Source of the DNA: an uncultured Shewanella sp.
GTDB lineage: Bacteria; Pseudomonadota; Gammaproteobacteria; Enterobacterales; Shewanellaceae
Assembly: GCF_947495455.1 (NCBI RefSeq)
Contig: NZ_CANLZC010000006.1
Location: forward strand, 17,280-81,279
Reading direction: 5' to 3'
DNA: 64,000 nucleotides
Part shown: positions 22,589-31,210 of the stretch, piece after piece
Position numbering within the stretch: position 1 is the stretch's first letter
Layout: every line of letters starts with the position of its first letter
The notes under the pieces: model-generated
Databases searched by the model: none
What the model was told of the DNA's origin: nothing
What the model saw: the letters and a program-made list of their open reading frames with translations, nothing else
Position numbers and translations under genes: made by a program

Positions 22589-23014
22589 ATGATTAAATTA
22601 TTATTAGTATGTTTAATCGCATGTCCTTTCATTGTAGTACAAGCGTGCCAATTGCCGAGTACATTAGCCGAGCGGCAGCTCTATATTGTCGTTGATCAGT
22701 TTTATACGCCAGACAATCCTAAAGCAGGCAAGGTGACATTATTGCAATTTTTCAAAAATGGTATTGAACAGATCACATTAATGAATAATCAAGTTAGTGA
22801 AGGGACATACCAGTATGAATTACTAGCTTCTAATGTTGCGTTATTAAGTTATCAACTTACTCATGGAGCTGAATGGACAATATCAAAATTGCTGCTTGCT
22901 TGTGATACATCGATAAAAGGGAAATTTATTTATAGTCAAACTAAAGGTTCGGTGAAACCCAATATTCGACAAAATACCGGAAGTTTTATCATGTTAAAGC
23001 AACCCAAATTTTGA
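22589..23014 (+). CDS. Array protein 9 (subclass B)
   Basis: Strong RBS aggagagga before ATG 22589; ACQLP, VDQFYTPDNPKAG, VALL, ACDT, KGSVKPNIRQNTGS. Confidence 0.85.
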   Translation: MIKLLLVCLIACPFIVVQACQLPSTLAERQLYIVVDQFYTPDNPKAGKVTLLQFFKNGIEQITLMNNQVSEGTYQYELLASNVALLSYQLTHGAEWTISKLLLACDTSIKGKFIYSQTKGSVKPNIRQNTGSFIMLKQPKF

Positions 23015-23087
23015 ACTATAGTTATAATAAGTGAAGTGACTTTTTGCCTGTAGAATATACGATAATGAGGGGAAGATAATACTTGAT

Positions 23088-23549
23088 ATGTATCGATTGA
23101 CTGGGCAGGTATTATCCTTTTTTATTTTCTTGATAAGCTCTTTGGCTTATGCAGCAGATGATACAGATTGCCATGTACCTGAAAAAATTGATCAATCAAC
23201 ATTGCTTTTTACCGTCGATGAAGAGTATTCCATTTTTAGTCCAGAGACTGTGGGCTTAATAGAGGTCGTGTTTAATCAAGGCAGTCTTGAGACTAGGATT
23301 ATACAAGAGCGCCTGACATTTGTCGGTCGATATGTTTATCAAGTACTTGAAAAAGATTTTAGCATGATCAAAGTCAGCGAGTTAGACGCGAATACCGTAT
23401 CGAATTATTATCTTTTGCTAGTGTGTAGCAGTGATATTGAAGGCTATTATATTTACCGTTTACAGGGGGGGGAAGACATGCCAGGTGTGAGTCATTGGAC
23501 TGGGCGATATATTATTCGTCTGCCACAAAAGCCCTTAGGTGAAGAATGA
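23088..23549 (+). CDS. Array protein 10 (subclass C)
   Basis: DCHVP, DEEYS, GRYVYQV, LLLVCSSDIEGYYIY. Confidence 0.85.
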   Translation: MYRLTGQVLSFFIFLISSLAYAADDTDCHVPEKIDQSTLLFTVDEEYSIFSPETVGLIEVVFNQGSLETRIIQERLTFVGRYVYQVLEKDFSMIKVSELDANTVSNYYLLLVCSSDIEGYYIYRLQGGEDMPGVSHWTGRYIIRLPQKPLGEE

Positions 23550-23962
23550 GACGTGCGGCTGTATTGCTCATGCTTGTGCTTATCGTTAAACACAGTTGGG
23601 CTGAAGAATGCCATCTACCCAATAACTTATTGGGGTTAACCTTATTGCTTCGAGTGAATAGAATACATACACCTGATAACCCTATGGCGGGTATGGTGCA
23701 TGAGTGGTTTTTTGGAAAAAAACATTATCAAATCACCCTATTGAATACAAGGAAGACAGCTAAAGGCACCTATCAATACACGCGCTTTACTGAGCAACTT
23801 GCACGCCTGAGTGTGCAAGAAGGCCCAATTGATGAGCGTTCTGTCTATTCTATTACCTTTGTTTGTGAGACTGAGTACATTGGCTATTATATTTTTAGTC
23901 AAACAATAGGCGATTCTCAACGTGATGTGCGCCAAAATACCGGAGTGTATATTATTCAGTAA
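23546..23962 (+). CDS. Array protein 11 (subclass A)
   Basis: ATGA overlap with gene 10; ECHLP, TLLLRVN, NPMAG, YSITFVCET, GYYIFSQT, RQNTGVYIIQ. Confidence 0.85.
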   Translation: MRRAAVLLMLVLIVKHSWAEECHLPNNLLGLTLLLRVNRIHTPDNPMAGMVHEWFFGKKHYQITLLNTRKTAKGTYQYTRFTEQLARLSVQEGPIDERSVYSITFVCETEYIGYYIFSQTIGDSQRDVRQNTGVYIIQ

Positions 23963-23975
23963 ACGGAAGGGCATT

Positions 23976-24419
23976 ATGCGTACTGTTATCGTATTACTGG
24001 TTTTAATGGGGATGTTGTTTTCTTTTAAAGTGAGCAGTCAGTCATGTCAGGTACCTGCTCATTTAAATGGAAAAAGTGTATTGCAGGAGATCACTGGCAT
24101 GGATGCTAGAATTAACCCTGAAGCGGATAGCTTGCGCTCATACGTCTTTTTGAATGATAAAATAAACGATGTTAGTTTGATCACAGGAAAGAAGATCAAT
24201 GCTAACTATCATTACCAAGTATTGGCACCCAATATCGCGCAGTTAGAGGTGTACAGTTTTAAAGATAAGCAAAATTTGTTGTATCGAGCTATTTGGGTGT
24301 GTACCACCAATACAGTTGGTTATTTTATTTACACCCTCATTAACGGCGAGTATTCAGTCAATGTTACCCCGCATCAAGCTTCTGGCGTGTATATCATTCA
24401 ACAAAGTCAATCTGATTGA
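23976..24419 (+). CDS. Array protein 12 (subclass D)
   Basis: ATG 23976 after ggaagg; SCQVP, ITGMD, SLITG, NIA..VY, LLY, WVCTTNTVG. Confidence 0.85.
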   Translation: MRTVIVLLVLMGMLFSFKVSSQSCQVPAHLNGKSVLQEITGMDARINPEADSLRSYVFLNDKINDVSLITGKKINANYHYQVLAPNIAQLEVYSFKDKQNLLYRAIWVCTTNTVGYFIYTLINGEYSVNVTPHQASGVYIIQQSQSD

Positions 24420-24489
24420 TTGGGTCGCTGTATGGGTTGGGTATTGAGTTTATTTAGAGTGGGTTTAGAGTGGAATTAAGGGCCATGTT

Positions 24490-24939
24490 ATGGGGCATCT
24501 ATTTGTTCTAATAAGTCATACTATGCTGTTTTTTAGCCTTTCTTGGCCTGTTTTGGGCAGTGATTGTACATTACCTAAAAGTTTAAATGGCGTGACATTC
24601 TTATTTAAAATCAGTGAGAGTTACACTCCCATGAATGTGATGCCGGGCAATCTCCTTGAGTCGAGGTTTTCTGAGCGGCATTATACAACAGAAATATTAA
24701 ATACTGGGGAGAAAGTGAGGGGAGTATATACTTATCAGCGTTATCACTCTCAGTTTGGCCGTTTTCATGCTAGTGAGGGGACTGGGGAGCAATTAACTCA
24801 GTACGCTAAGACATTAGTGTGTAAAACAGACAAGGTAGGTTATGTCATTTTTAGTCAAAGTATAGGAGTGATTAAGCCTAATGTTCGCCAAGATACTGGT
24901 ACCTATGTCATCACATCTTTACCAGCTAGGAATCAATAA
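24490..24939 (+). CDS. Array protein 13 (subclass F)
   Basis: DCTLP, FKISESYTPMNVMPG, FGRF, YAKTLVCKTD..G.VIF, DTGTYVI. Confidence 0.85.
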   Translation: MGHLFVLISHTMLFFSLSWPVLGSDCTLPKSLNGVTFLFKISESYTPMNVMPGNLLESRFSERHYTTEILNTGEKVRGVYTYQRYHSQFGRFHASEGTGEQLTQYAKTLVCKTDKVGYVIFSQSIGVIKPNVRQDTGTYVITSLPARNQ

Positions 24940-24941
24940 GA

Positions 24942-25403
24942 ATGAATAAACACTATGGTAGTCATCGGGGTCGTCATCAGAAGAGCTCACTGAGATTATT
25001 TGGTGTTAGTCTTGTTCTTTTGTGTTTTTCTAGTGTGAGTATGGCTTGTGAATTGCCTGAATCATTATCGGGTAGACAACTTTTGTTACGTATTTATGGA
25101 TTAGTGTCTGCTACCAATCCGTTTGCTGAGAGTGTATTGGAAGTGACTTTTAGTGAAACGACATATGTACTTAAAGACTTAAAAACTGGTCAAGGCTATG
25201 AAGGGCAGTATCGTTATCGACGTTTTGAGAAAGATTTGGCGCAATTGACAGGGTTAGAAAAAGTCGGAAAAAGCAAAATGCAATATACGGAAACTTATGT
25301 GTGCGAAACCAATAAAACGGGTTATTACATTTTTAGTGTGAAGCAAGAAGGGATTGGCCCTAAGGTTCGCCAAAATACTGGGCGGTATATTTTTCAGCAG
25401 TAA
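24942..25403 (+). CDS. Array protein 14 (subclass E)
   Basis: ACELPESLSG, YGL...TNPFA, DLAQL, YTETYVCET, RQNTGRYIFQ. Confidence 0.85.
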   Translation: MNKHYGSHRGRHQKSSLRLFGVSLVLLCFSSVSMACELPESLSGRQLLLRIYGLVSATNPFAESVLEVTFSETTYVLKDLKTGQGYEGQYRYRRFEKDLAQLTGLEKVGKSKMQYTETYVCETNKTGYYIFSVKQEGIGPKVRQNTGRYIFQQ

Positions 25404-25429
25404 TGTAAAGGTAAAAATAGGGAAAACGT

Positions 25430-25873
25430 ATGATTAAGTTGACTGGGGTCATGCTGAGTTTTTTGTTGTTTTTTGGGTTTTCCCATGTCATAGCGAAAGA
25501 GTGCCATTTACCTGAAGTCCTATCAAATAAACGTATTTTGTTGGAAGTTGATCTATTTTATCAGCCGTCTAATCCCGATGCTGGTGGGTTAAAAGCACTG
25601 ACATTTTCAGGGAACATTATCAGTGATATCACCTTAGAAACAGGGGAGAATAATCAAGGGACGTTTCAGTATACTCGGCTCAAGCCTTATGTTGCTGTGC
25701 TAAAGGTGGCATTGAACCAAGGCCCTAAGATGAGTGAGTCGGAAATCACGCTTGTGTGTGATACGCCCTTAACTGGATTGTATATTTACACTCAAGTTAA
25801 AGGCTCAATTAAGCCAGATCTACGTCATAACTTAGGAAGCTATATGATAACGAACAAGATCGATAAGCCTTAA
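25430..25873 (+). CDS. Array protein 15 (subclass B)
   Basis: ECHLP, VDLFYQPSNPDAG, VAVL, LVCDT, KGSIKPDLRHNLGSY. Confidence 0.85.
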   Translation: MIKLTGVMLSFLLFFGFSHVIAKECHLPEVLSNKRILLEVDLFYQPSNPDAGGLKALTFSGNIISDITLETGENNQGTFQYTRLKPYVAVLKVALNQGPKMSESEITLVCDTPLTGLYIYTQVKGSIKPDLRHNLGSYMITNKIDKP

Positions 25874-25895
25874 AAACACTCAATCATTTTTGTTA

Positions 25896-27164
25896 TCATG
25901 GTTTTTTATAATGTTGAGGGATCACTCTGACGGTTTTAACGCGATTATCACCAATATCAACCACTTCAATAGGGTATCCTGCAATGCGCATGCTGGTATT
26001 GGTTTGAGGTATTTCTTCCATATATTCCACCACTAAGCCGCTTAAGGTTTTGGGGCCGTTAGTGGGAAAGTGCCAGCTCATTTCTTTATTAAGCTCTCGA
26101 ATATTAATTGTCGCTTCAATGAGATAACTGCCATCTTGTTGCTTTTTAATTTCTTCACTGGGTGCGGGCATCATTGAGGTGGTAAAATCGCCGACAATCT
26201 CCTCAAGAATATCTTCAAGTGTCACTAGACCTTGAATATCACCGTACTCGTCGACAACCATACCAATTCTTTCTTTATTTTCTTGGAAATTAGCTAATTG
26301 GACGTTAAGGGGCGTTGCTTCAGGAATAAAATACAGCTCTTTTACAGCCCTTAGTAGTGACGATTTACTAAATTGCTCTTTTGCCTGTAATCGCAGGGCA
26401 TCGCGAATGTGCACAAAACCGACGGCATCATCAATATTATCTCTATATAACAGAATACGTGTATGGGGACTTTGAATGACCTGTTTGTTGATGAGCTTAA
26501 AGTCTGAGTTGATATTAATGGCGTAGAGTTCAGCTCTTGGGATCATGATGTCTTCTACAGTGACTTTTTCAAGATCTAAAATAGACAATAACATCTCTTG
26601 ATGTCGCTGTGGGATCAATGCGCCGGCTTCATTGACGACAGTGCGAAGCTCTTCTTGACTTAAGGCATCACTGCTTTGTTGCGTATGGACACGCATTAAA
26701 CGTAAAAAGCCAGAGGTGATCAGGTTGACTACCTTGACGAGAGGGGAAAGTATGGTTAACAGAAGTTGTATGATAATACTTGAAGGAAAAGCGATACGTT
26801 CGGGATGTAATGCTGCCAGGGTTTTAGGCGTAACTTCGGCAAAAACCAGTACGACTAGCGTTAATGCGCCTGTGGCGATGGCGACACCCACATCACCGTA
26901 TAAACGTATACCTATAATAGTGGCAATGGCTGAAGCCAAAATATTAACTAAGTTGTTACCAATTAAAATAAGGCCAATGAGTCGATCTGGACGTTCTAAC
27001 AGCTTAATTGCTCGTAATGCGCCTTTATGCCCACTTGAGGCTAAATGACGAAGTCGATAACGATTTAACGTCATCATGGCAGTTTCTGTGCCAGAAAAGT
27101 AGGCTGACAGTATGATTAGCACAATAAGAATAATAAAAAGTGCACTGGTATGTATCGCGTCCAA
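25896..27164 (-). CDS. corB: CNNM/HlyC/CorC family transporter (DUF21 + CBS + CorC_HlyC)
   Basis: SAYFSGTETA, LIGNNLVNI, EVTPKT, VVDEYGD..GLVTLEDILEEIVG. Confidence 0.9.
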   Translation of the reverse strand: MDAIHTSALFIILIVLIILSAYFSGTETAMMTLNRYRLRHLASSGHKGALRAIKLLERPDRLIGLILIGNNLVNILASAIATIIGIRLYGDVGVAIATGALTLVVLVFAEVTPKTLAALHPERIAFPSSIIIQLLLTILSPLVKVVNLITSGFLRLMRVHTQQSSDALSQEELRTVVNEAGALIPQRHQEMLLSILDLEKVTVEDIMIPRAELYAININSDFKLINKQVIQSPHTRILLYRDNIDDAVGFVHIRDALRLQAKEQFSKSSLLRAVKELYFIPEATPLNVQLANFQENKERIGMVVDEYGDIQGLVTLEDILEEIVGDFTTSMMPAPSEEIKKQQDGSYLIEATINIRELNKEMSWHFPTNGPKTLSGLVVEYMEEIPQTNTSMRIAGYPIEVVDIGDNRVKTVRVIPQHYKKP

Positions 27165-27281
27165 AAAGGGCTCCGTTTTAAGAGTGATAAATAATCAATA
27201 ACTGAATCATGTCAATGATTGTTATGTTTTTACTCTGTGATAAATGTTAATACTATCGAATGACAGTGACGAGAATTAATC

Positions 27282-28070
27282 TTATTGTAAAATAAGCTCT
27301 TTGACAATACGCGCTCCGAAATAGGCAAGTGATAACAAAGTGGCACCAGAAAGTGTATAAATCACGGCGGTTCTTATTTTACACCCGACCCAATACTGCT
27401 GAGCTAACATGGCAATATACACTAGCCATGCCAACATGGATAACACGGTTTTGTGTCCTTTTCCGTCGGCAAACATATCATCTAAGAAAATAAATCCAGT
27501 GGCTAATGCTAAGCTGAGTAAAATGACACCAATTACCACTAAGTGGTAAAGCTGTTTTTCGACTGTCATCAATGGAGGAATTGAAGGGCTTAAAATGAGT
27601 TGTTTGCTTTTTAGTTTGTGTTGAATGATGGCGAGCTGAATGGCGTATAAAGCTGCGATCATCAAGGCACTATAAGCCATTAATGATAAAATAACGTGAG
27701 CGAGCACTTCAGGGTAAAGCTCAAAATGAATGATAAGTTTTGGCGGTAATAACCAAAGTAAGGCAACTGATAAGAGAGAGCAGGCATAAACCACAGGTAA
27801 CACCATGATGACTTTGACTCTGAAGATGAGTAAGGTAAAACTAAAGGCAATAATCCAATTGACCAAAGAAATCACATTAGTCAAACTGAAATTTTGTCCA
27901 TTATCAATGAAAATGGCTTCCGATAGTGCTGCTGCATGTAATCCCACGGCAATGGCTGCAAAGATAGCCACAACTTGACGGTTTGGCCCTTCGTTATGAA
28001 AGAGTTTGCTTGCGATGAGCACCAATGCAAAAAAATAAAATAAGATGGCGGAAGCTGAAAAAATAATCAT
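27282..28070 (-). CDS. ypjD: Inner membrane protein YpjD (CcsA-like cytochrome c assembly family)
   Basis: Polytopic; H.ILSLMAY, PPLMTVEKQL, HKTVLS; divergent from ffh. Confidence 0.88.
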   Translation of the reverse strand: MIIFSASAILFYFFALVLIASKLFHNEGPNRQVVAIFAAIAVGLHAAALSEAIFIDNGQNFSLTNVISLVNWIIAFSFTLLIFRVKVIMVLPVVYACSLLSVALLWLLPPKLIIHFELYPEVLAHVILSLMAYSALMIAALYAIQLAIIQHKLKSKQLILSPSIPPLMTVEKQLYHLVVIGVILLSLALATGFIFLDDMFADGKGHKTVLSMLAWLVYIAMLAQQYWVGCKIRTAVIYTLSGATLLSLAYFGARIVKELILQ

Positions 28071-28411
28071 TAAGTATTAGCCTATGACTTTGTTGATATT
28101 AACGAACGATAACATCCAATAATGGGTATGTCTTTTAGTCTTTCTATTTCTGGAACGGTATTGGGTTTTGAATGATTGTCACTCGATTGTGCTGTATCTC
28201 ATTTTTATTATCTTTAAGGATAACATGAGCAGGATACTGTTAGGCAATAATAATACGCGTAAAATTGCGTTTAACTTTGGTGTGAGTTCTCATTTTTTAC
28301 AAATGATGTGACCGACTTTTTAGGATAATCAAAGTGAGCAGTAGCATAATATTCGGGCATCGCTATAATACTTACCTATCTATAGCAAAATGAAACGGTA
28401 AGAACTGGATA

Positions 28412-29785
28412 ATGTTTGAGAACTTAACTGACAGATTATCACGGACTCTGAAGAATATCAGTGGCCGCGGTCGCTTAACAGAAGACAATGTTAAGGATAC
28501 ACTTCGCGAAGTCCGAATGGCTTTGCTTGAGGCCGATGTTGCCTTGCCTGTGGTACGAGCGTTTGTTAATAGCGTTAAAGAACGTGCTGTTGGACAAGAA
28601 GTCTCAAAAAGTTTAAGTCCGGGTCAGGCGTTTATTAAAATAGTTCAAAGCGAATTAGAACATGCGATGGGGGAGGCGAATGAAGCCTTAGACCTATCCA
28701 TGCAACCTCCTGCCGTTATCATGATGGCAGGTCTTCAAGGGGCAGGTAAAACCACCAGTGTGGCTAAACTGTCAAAGTTCTTGCGTGAGCGGGAAAAAAA
28801 ATCGGTTTTAGTGGTCAGTGCCGATGTTTATCGTCCAGCGGCGATTAAACAACTTGAGACCTTAGCATCAGAGGTTGAGGTTGAGTTTTTTCCATCCGAT
28901 GTGAGCCAAAAACCCATTGATATTGCCAATGCGGCTATTGCGCATGCGAAACTTAAATTTATCGATGTGGTGATCCTCGATACTGCGGGCCGTTTGCATG
29001 TCGATGATGCCATGATGGACGAAATTAAAGATTTGCATGCCGCGGTTAATCCAGTAGAAACCTTGTTTGTTGTTGACGCTATGACAGGTCAAGATGCGGC
29101 CAATACGGCCAAAGCCTTTAATGAAGCCCTGCCGTTAACTGGGGTGGTATTGACTAAGGTGGATGGTGACGCTCGAGGCGGCGCCGCTTTATCAATACGC
29201 CATATCACAGGCAAACCGATTAAGTTCTTAGGGGTCGGTGAGAAGACGGATGCACTGGAAGCCTTCCATCCGGATCGTATTGCCTCACGTATTTTGGGTA
29301 TGGGAGATGTGCTCTCGCTGATTGAAGATGTTGAGCGAGGGGTTGATCAAGACAAGGCGATGAAGTTAGCCGCTAAAGTGAAAAAAGGTGGCAACTTTGA
29401 CTTAGAGGATTTTCGTGAACAGCTCTCCCAAATGCAAAATATGGGTGGAATGATGAACATGATAGAAAAATTGCCTGGTGTGGGGCAATTACCTCCAGAA
29501 GCCTTAGCACAAGTGCAAAATGGCAAAATGACAGGGCAAATGGAAGCCATCATTAATTCGATGACAGTGGCTGAGCGTCAGCGTCCAGATATCATTAAAG
29601 GGTCCCGTAAAAGGAGAATTGCGGCAGGCTCTGGTACGCAAATTCAAGATGTGAATCGTTTATTAAAGCAATTTTCGCAAATGCAAAAAATGATGAAAAA
29701 GATGTCTTCAAAAGGCGGCATGAAAAAAATGATGCGCGGTATGAGTGGCATGCTTCCACCGGGCATGAAAATGCCTGGCCGTTAA
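28412..29785 (+). CDS. ffh: Signal recognition particle protein
   Basis: GLQGAGKTT, DTAGR, TKVDGDARGG and Met-rich M domain. Confidence 0.99.
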   Translation: MFENLTDRLSRTLKNISGRGRLTEDNVKDTLREVRMALLEADVALPVVRAFVNSVKERAVGQEVSKSLSPGQAFIKIVQSELEHAMGEANEALDLSMQPPAVIMMAGLQGAGKTTSVAKLSKFLREREKKSVLVVSADVYRPAAIKQLETLASEVEVEFFPSDVSQKPIDIANAAIAHAKLKFIDVVILDTAGRLHVDDAMMDEIKDLHAAVNPVETLFVVDAMTGQDAANTAKAFNEALPLTGVVLTKVDGDARGGAALSIRHITGKPIKFLGVGEKTDALEAFHPDRIASRILGMGDVLSLIEDVERGVDQDKAMKLAAKVKKGGNFDLEDFREQLSQMQNMGGMMNMIEKLPGVGQLPPEALAQVQNGKMTGQMEAIINSMTVAERQRPDIIKGSRKRRIAAGSGTQIQDVNRLLKQFSQMQKMMKKMSSKGGMKKMMRGMSGMLPPGMKMPGR

Positions 29786-29818
29786 CGCCTTAGGCTTGTT
29801 TTATTTGAGATATTTGAC

Positions 29819-29846
29819 AAAAGCACATCATTGGGTGTGCTTTTTT
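29819..29846 (+). terminator. Terminator after ffh
   Basis: aaaagcacatc-attg-ggtgtgcttttt. Confidence 0.75.
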
Positions 29847-29900
29847 GTTTTTTCGATTAGCGTCGAAGGATTAGGACAGGGTTTGGAGTGAAGGCTTGTT

Positions 29901-30215
29901 ATACCAATCTTAGTAAATAAGTGGCCATTCAGCGAGAATTAAAAATGCGGTAGGCAAGGTCGTTAATCGCTCCTGCATTAACAGACAGTCCCACCATCCG
30001 TGGTGGTCGCAGCTATTTGAAGCTAATAGTCACTCTATATCAAAAATAGATAACGTAGCATAACGCTTTTTTAAACTCGCACAGAGTGAGCCGCTCAGGC
30101 ATTCCACTTCTGTGTTGCATTCATTTGAAAGGGATCACCATTACTTCATAAATGCGCCTTGAAATGAAACGCCTGAGCGACTCTGAATTGATTATTTATT
30201 TACTTCGATTGGTAT
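29901..30215. mobile_element. MITE-like non-autonomous element, copy 1 (315 bp)
   Basis: Ends ATACCAATC..AGTAAATAA and TTATTTACT..GATTGGTAT; body matches the reverse complement of 35347-35612. Confidence 0.82.
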
Positions 30216-30393
30216 CTATCTTTTGAAGGATGGATTAATTTAAATGATATGCACTAAAAACGTCTAATTTTGTTGCATTCGCCGTGAAGTAAGGTAAAAT
30301 CTTCCGGCTTTCTATCTGGTACTCTTCGCGAACACGGAGGACCAGTTTTTATTTTTGCTTTTAAAGAAGCAAATCATTAGAGGAATAAAACGC

Positions 30394-30645
30394 ATGGTTA
30401 CCATTCGTTTAGCTCGTGGTGGCGCAAAAAAGCGTCCATTTTATAATATCGTAGTTGCTGATAGCCGTAATGCTCGTGATGGTCGTTTCATCGAGCGTGT
30501 TGGCTTTTTTAACCCATTAGCCCGTGGCCAAGAAGAAACGTTACGTTTAGATCTTGACCGTGTTGAGCATTGGGTTGCTAACGGTGCTGGCACTTCAGAC
30601 CGTGTAGCAAAACTGATCAAAGACGCACAAAAAGCTGCGGCTTAA
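30394..30645 (+). CDS. rpsP: 30S ribosomal protein S16
   Basis: [17 protein letters not shown]; start at ATG 30394. Confidence 0.99.
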   Translation: MVTIRLARGGAKKRPFYNIVVADSRNARDGRFIERVGFFNPLARGQEETLRLDLDRVEHWVANGAGTSDRVAKLIKDAQKAAA

Positions 30646-30661
30646 TGGCGTTAAGGTATAG

Positions 30662-31195
30662 ATGATGAGCAGTAAACAAGAACCCGTTGTGTTAGGGAAG
30701 TTAGGTTCCTGTCACGGCATTAAAGGTTGGTTGAAGATCACTACCTATACCGATTCTGTTGAAGGTATTTTTGACTATTCACCTTGGTTGATTAAAGAGC
30801 AAGGGGAATGGCGCGAAGTGAAAGTCACTCAGTGGCGTTTTCAAGGAAAAGCGGTTATTGCTGAACTTGAAGGTGTGACTACGCGGGAACAAGCGCAAAT
30901 GCTCACTAATTGTGAGATTGCCATTCCTGCTGAAGACATGTTGGATCTGCCTGTAGATGAATTCTATTGGCGTGATCTTATTGGTTGCGAAGTGGTTAAC
31001 ACTAATGGTTATAACATGGGTAAAGTACAACAGATCGTGGAAACAGGATCTAATGATGTACTTCTTGTTAAAGCCAATGCGAAAGATGGCTTTGGCAAAG
31101 CGGAACGTATGATCCCCTTTGTCACCGAGCAATTCATTCAATCAGTGGATATTTCGGCAAAACAGATTTTAGTGGATTGGGATCCGGACTTTTAA
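30662..31195 (+). CDS. rimM: Ribosome maturation factor RimM
   Basis: [25 protein letters not shown] and DWDPDF motifs. Confidence 0.98.
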   Translation: MMSSKQEPVVLGKLGSCHGIKGWLKITTYTDSVEGIFDYSPWLIKEQGEWREVKVTQWRFQGKAVIAELEGVTTREQAQMLTNCEIAIPAEDMLDLPVDEFYWRDLIGCEVVNTNGYNMGKVQQIVETGSNDVLLVKANAKDGFGKAERMIPFVTEQFIQSVDISAKQILVDWDPDF

Positions 31196-31210
31196 GTCGA
31201 GGTACAGCTG

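Larger units (their letters stand above)
18645..25873 (+). repeat. Tandem array of 15 paralogous genes with higher-order 3+6+6 cassette structure
   Basis: All share signal peptide, C-x-[LMV]-P, a central [GA]-x-[YF]-x-Y, a second Cys and a terminal aromatic strand (mostly G-x-[YF]-x-[ILM]). Confidence 0.93.

Noticed and set aside
18645-25873. Array as a DGR target, integron cassette array or shufflon
   Set aside because: No reverse transcriptase, template/variable repeat pair, attC-like palindromes, integrase or invertible repeats are visible, and divergence is spread across whole genes.
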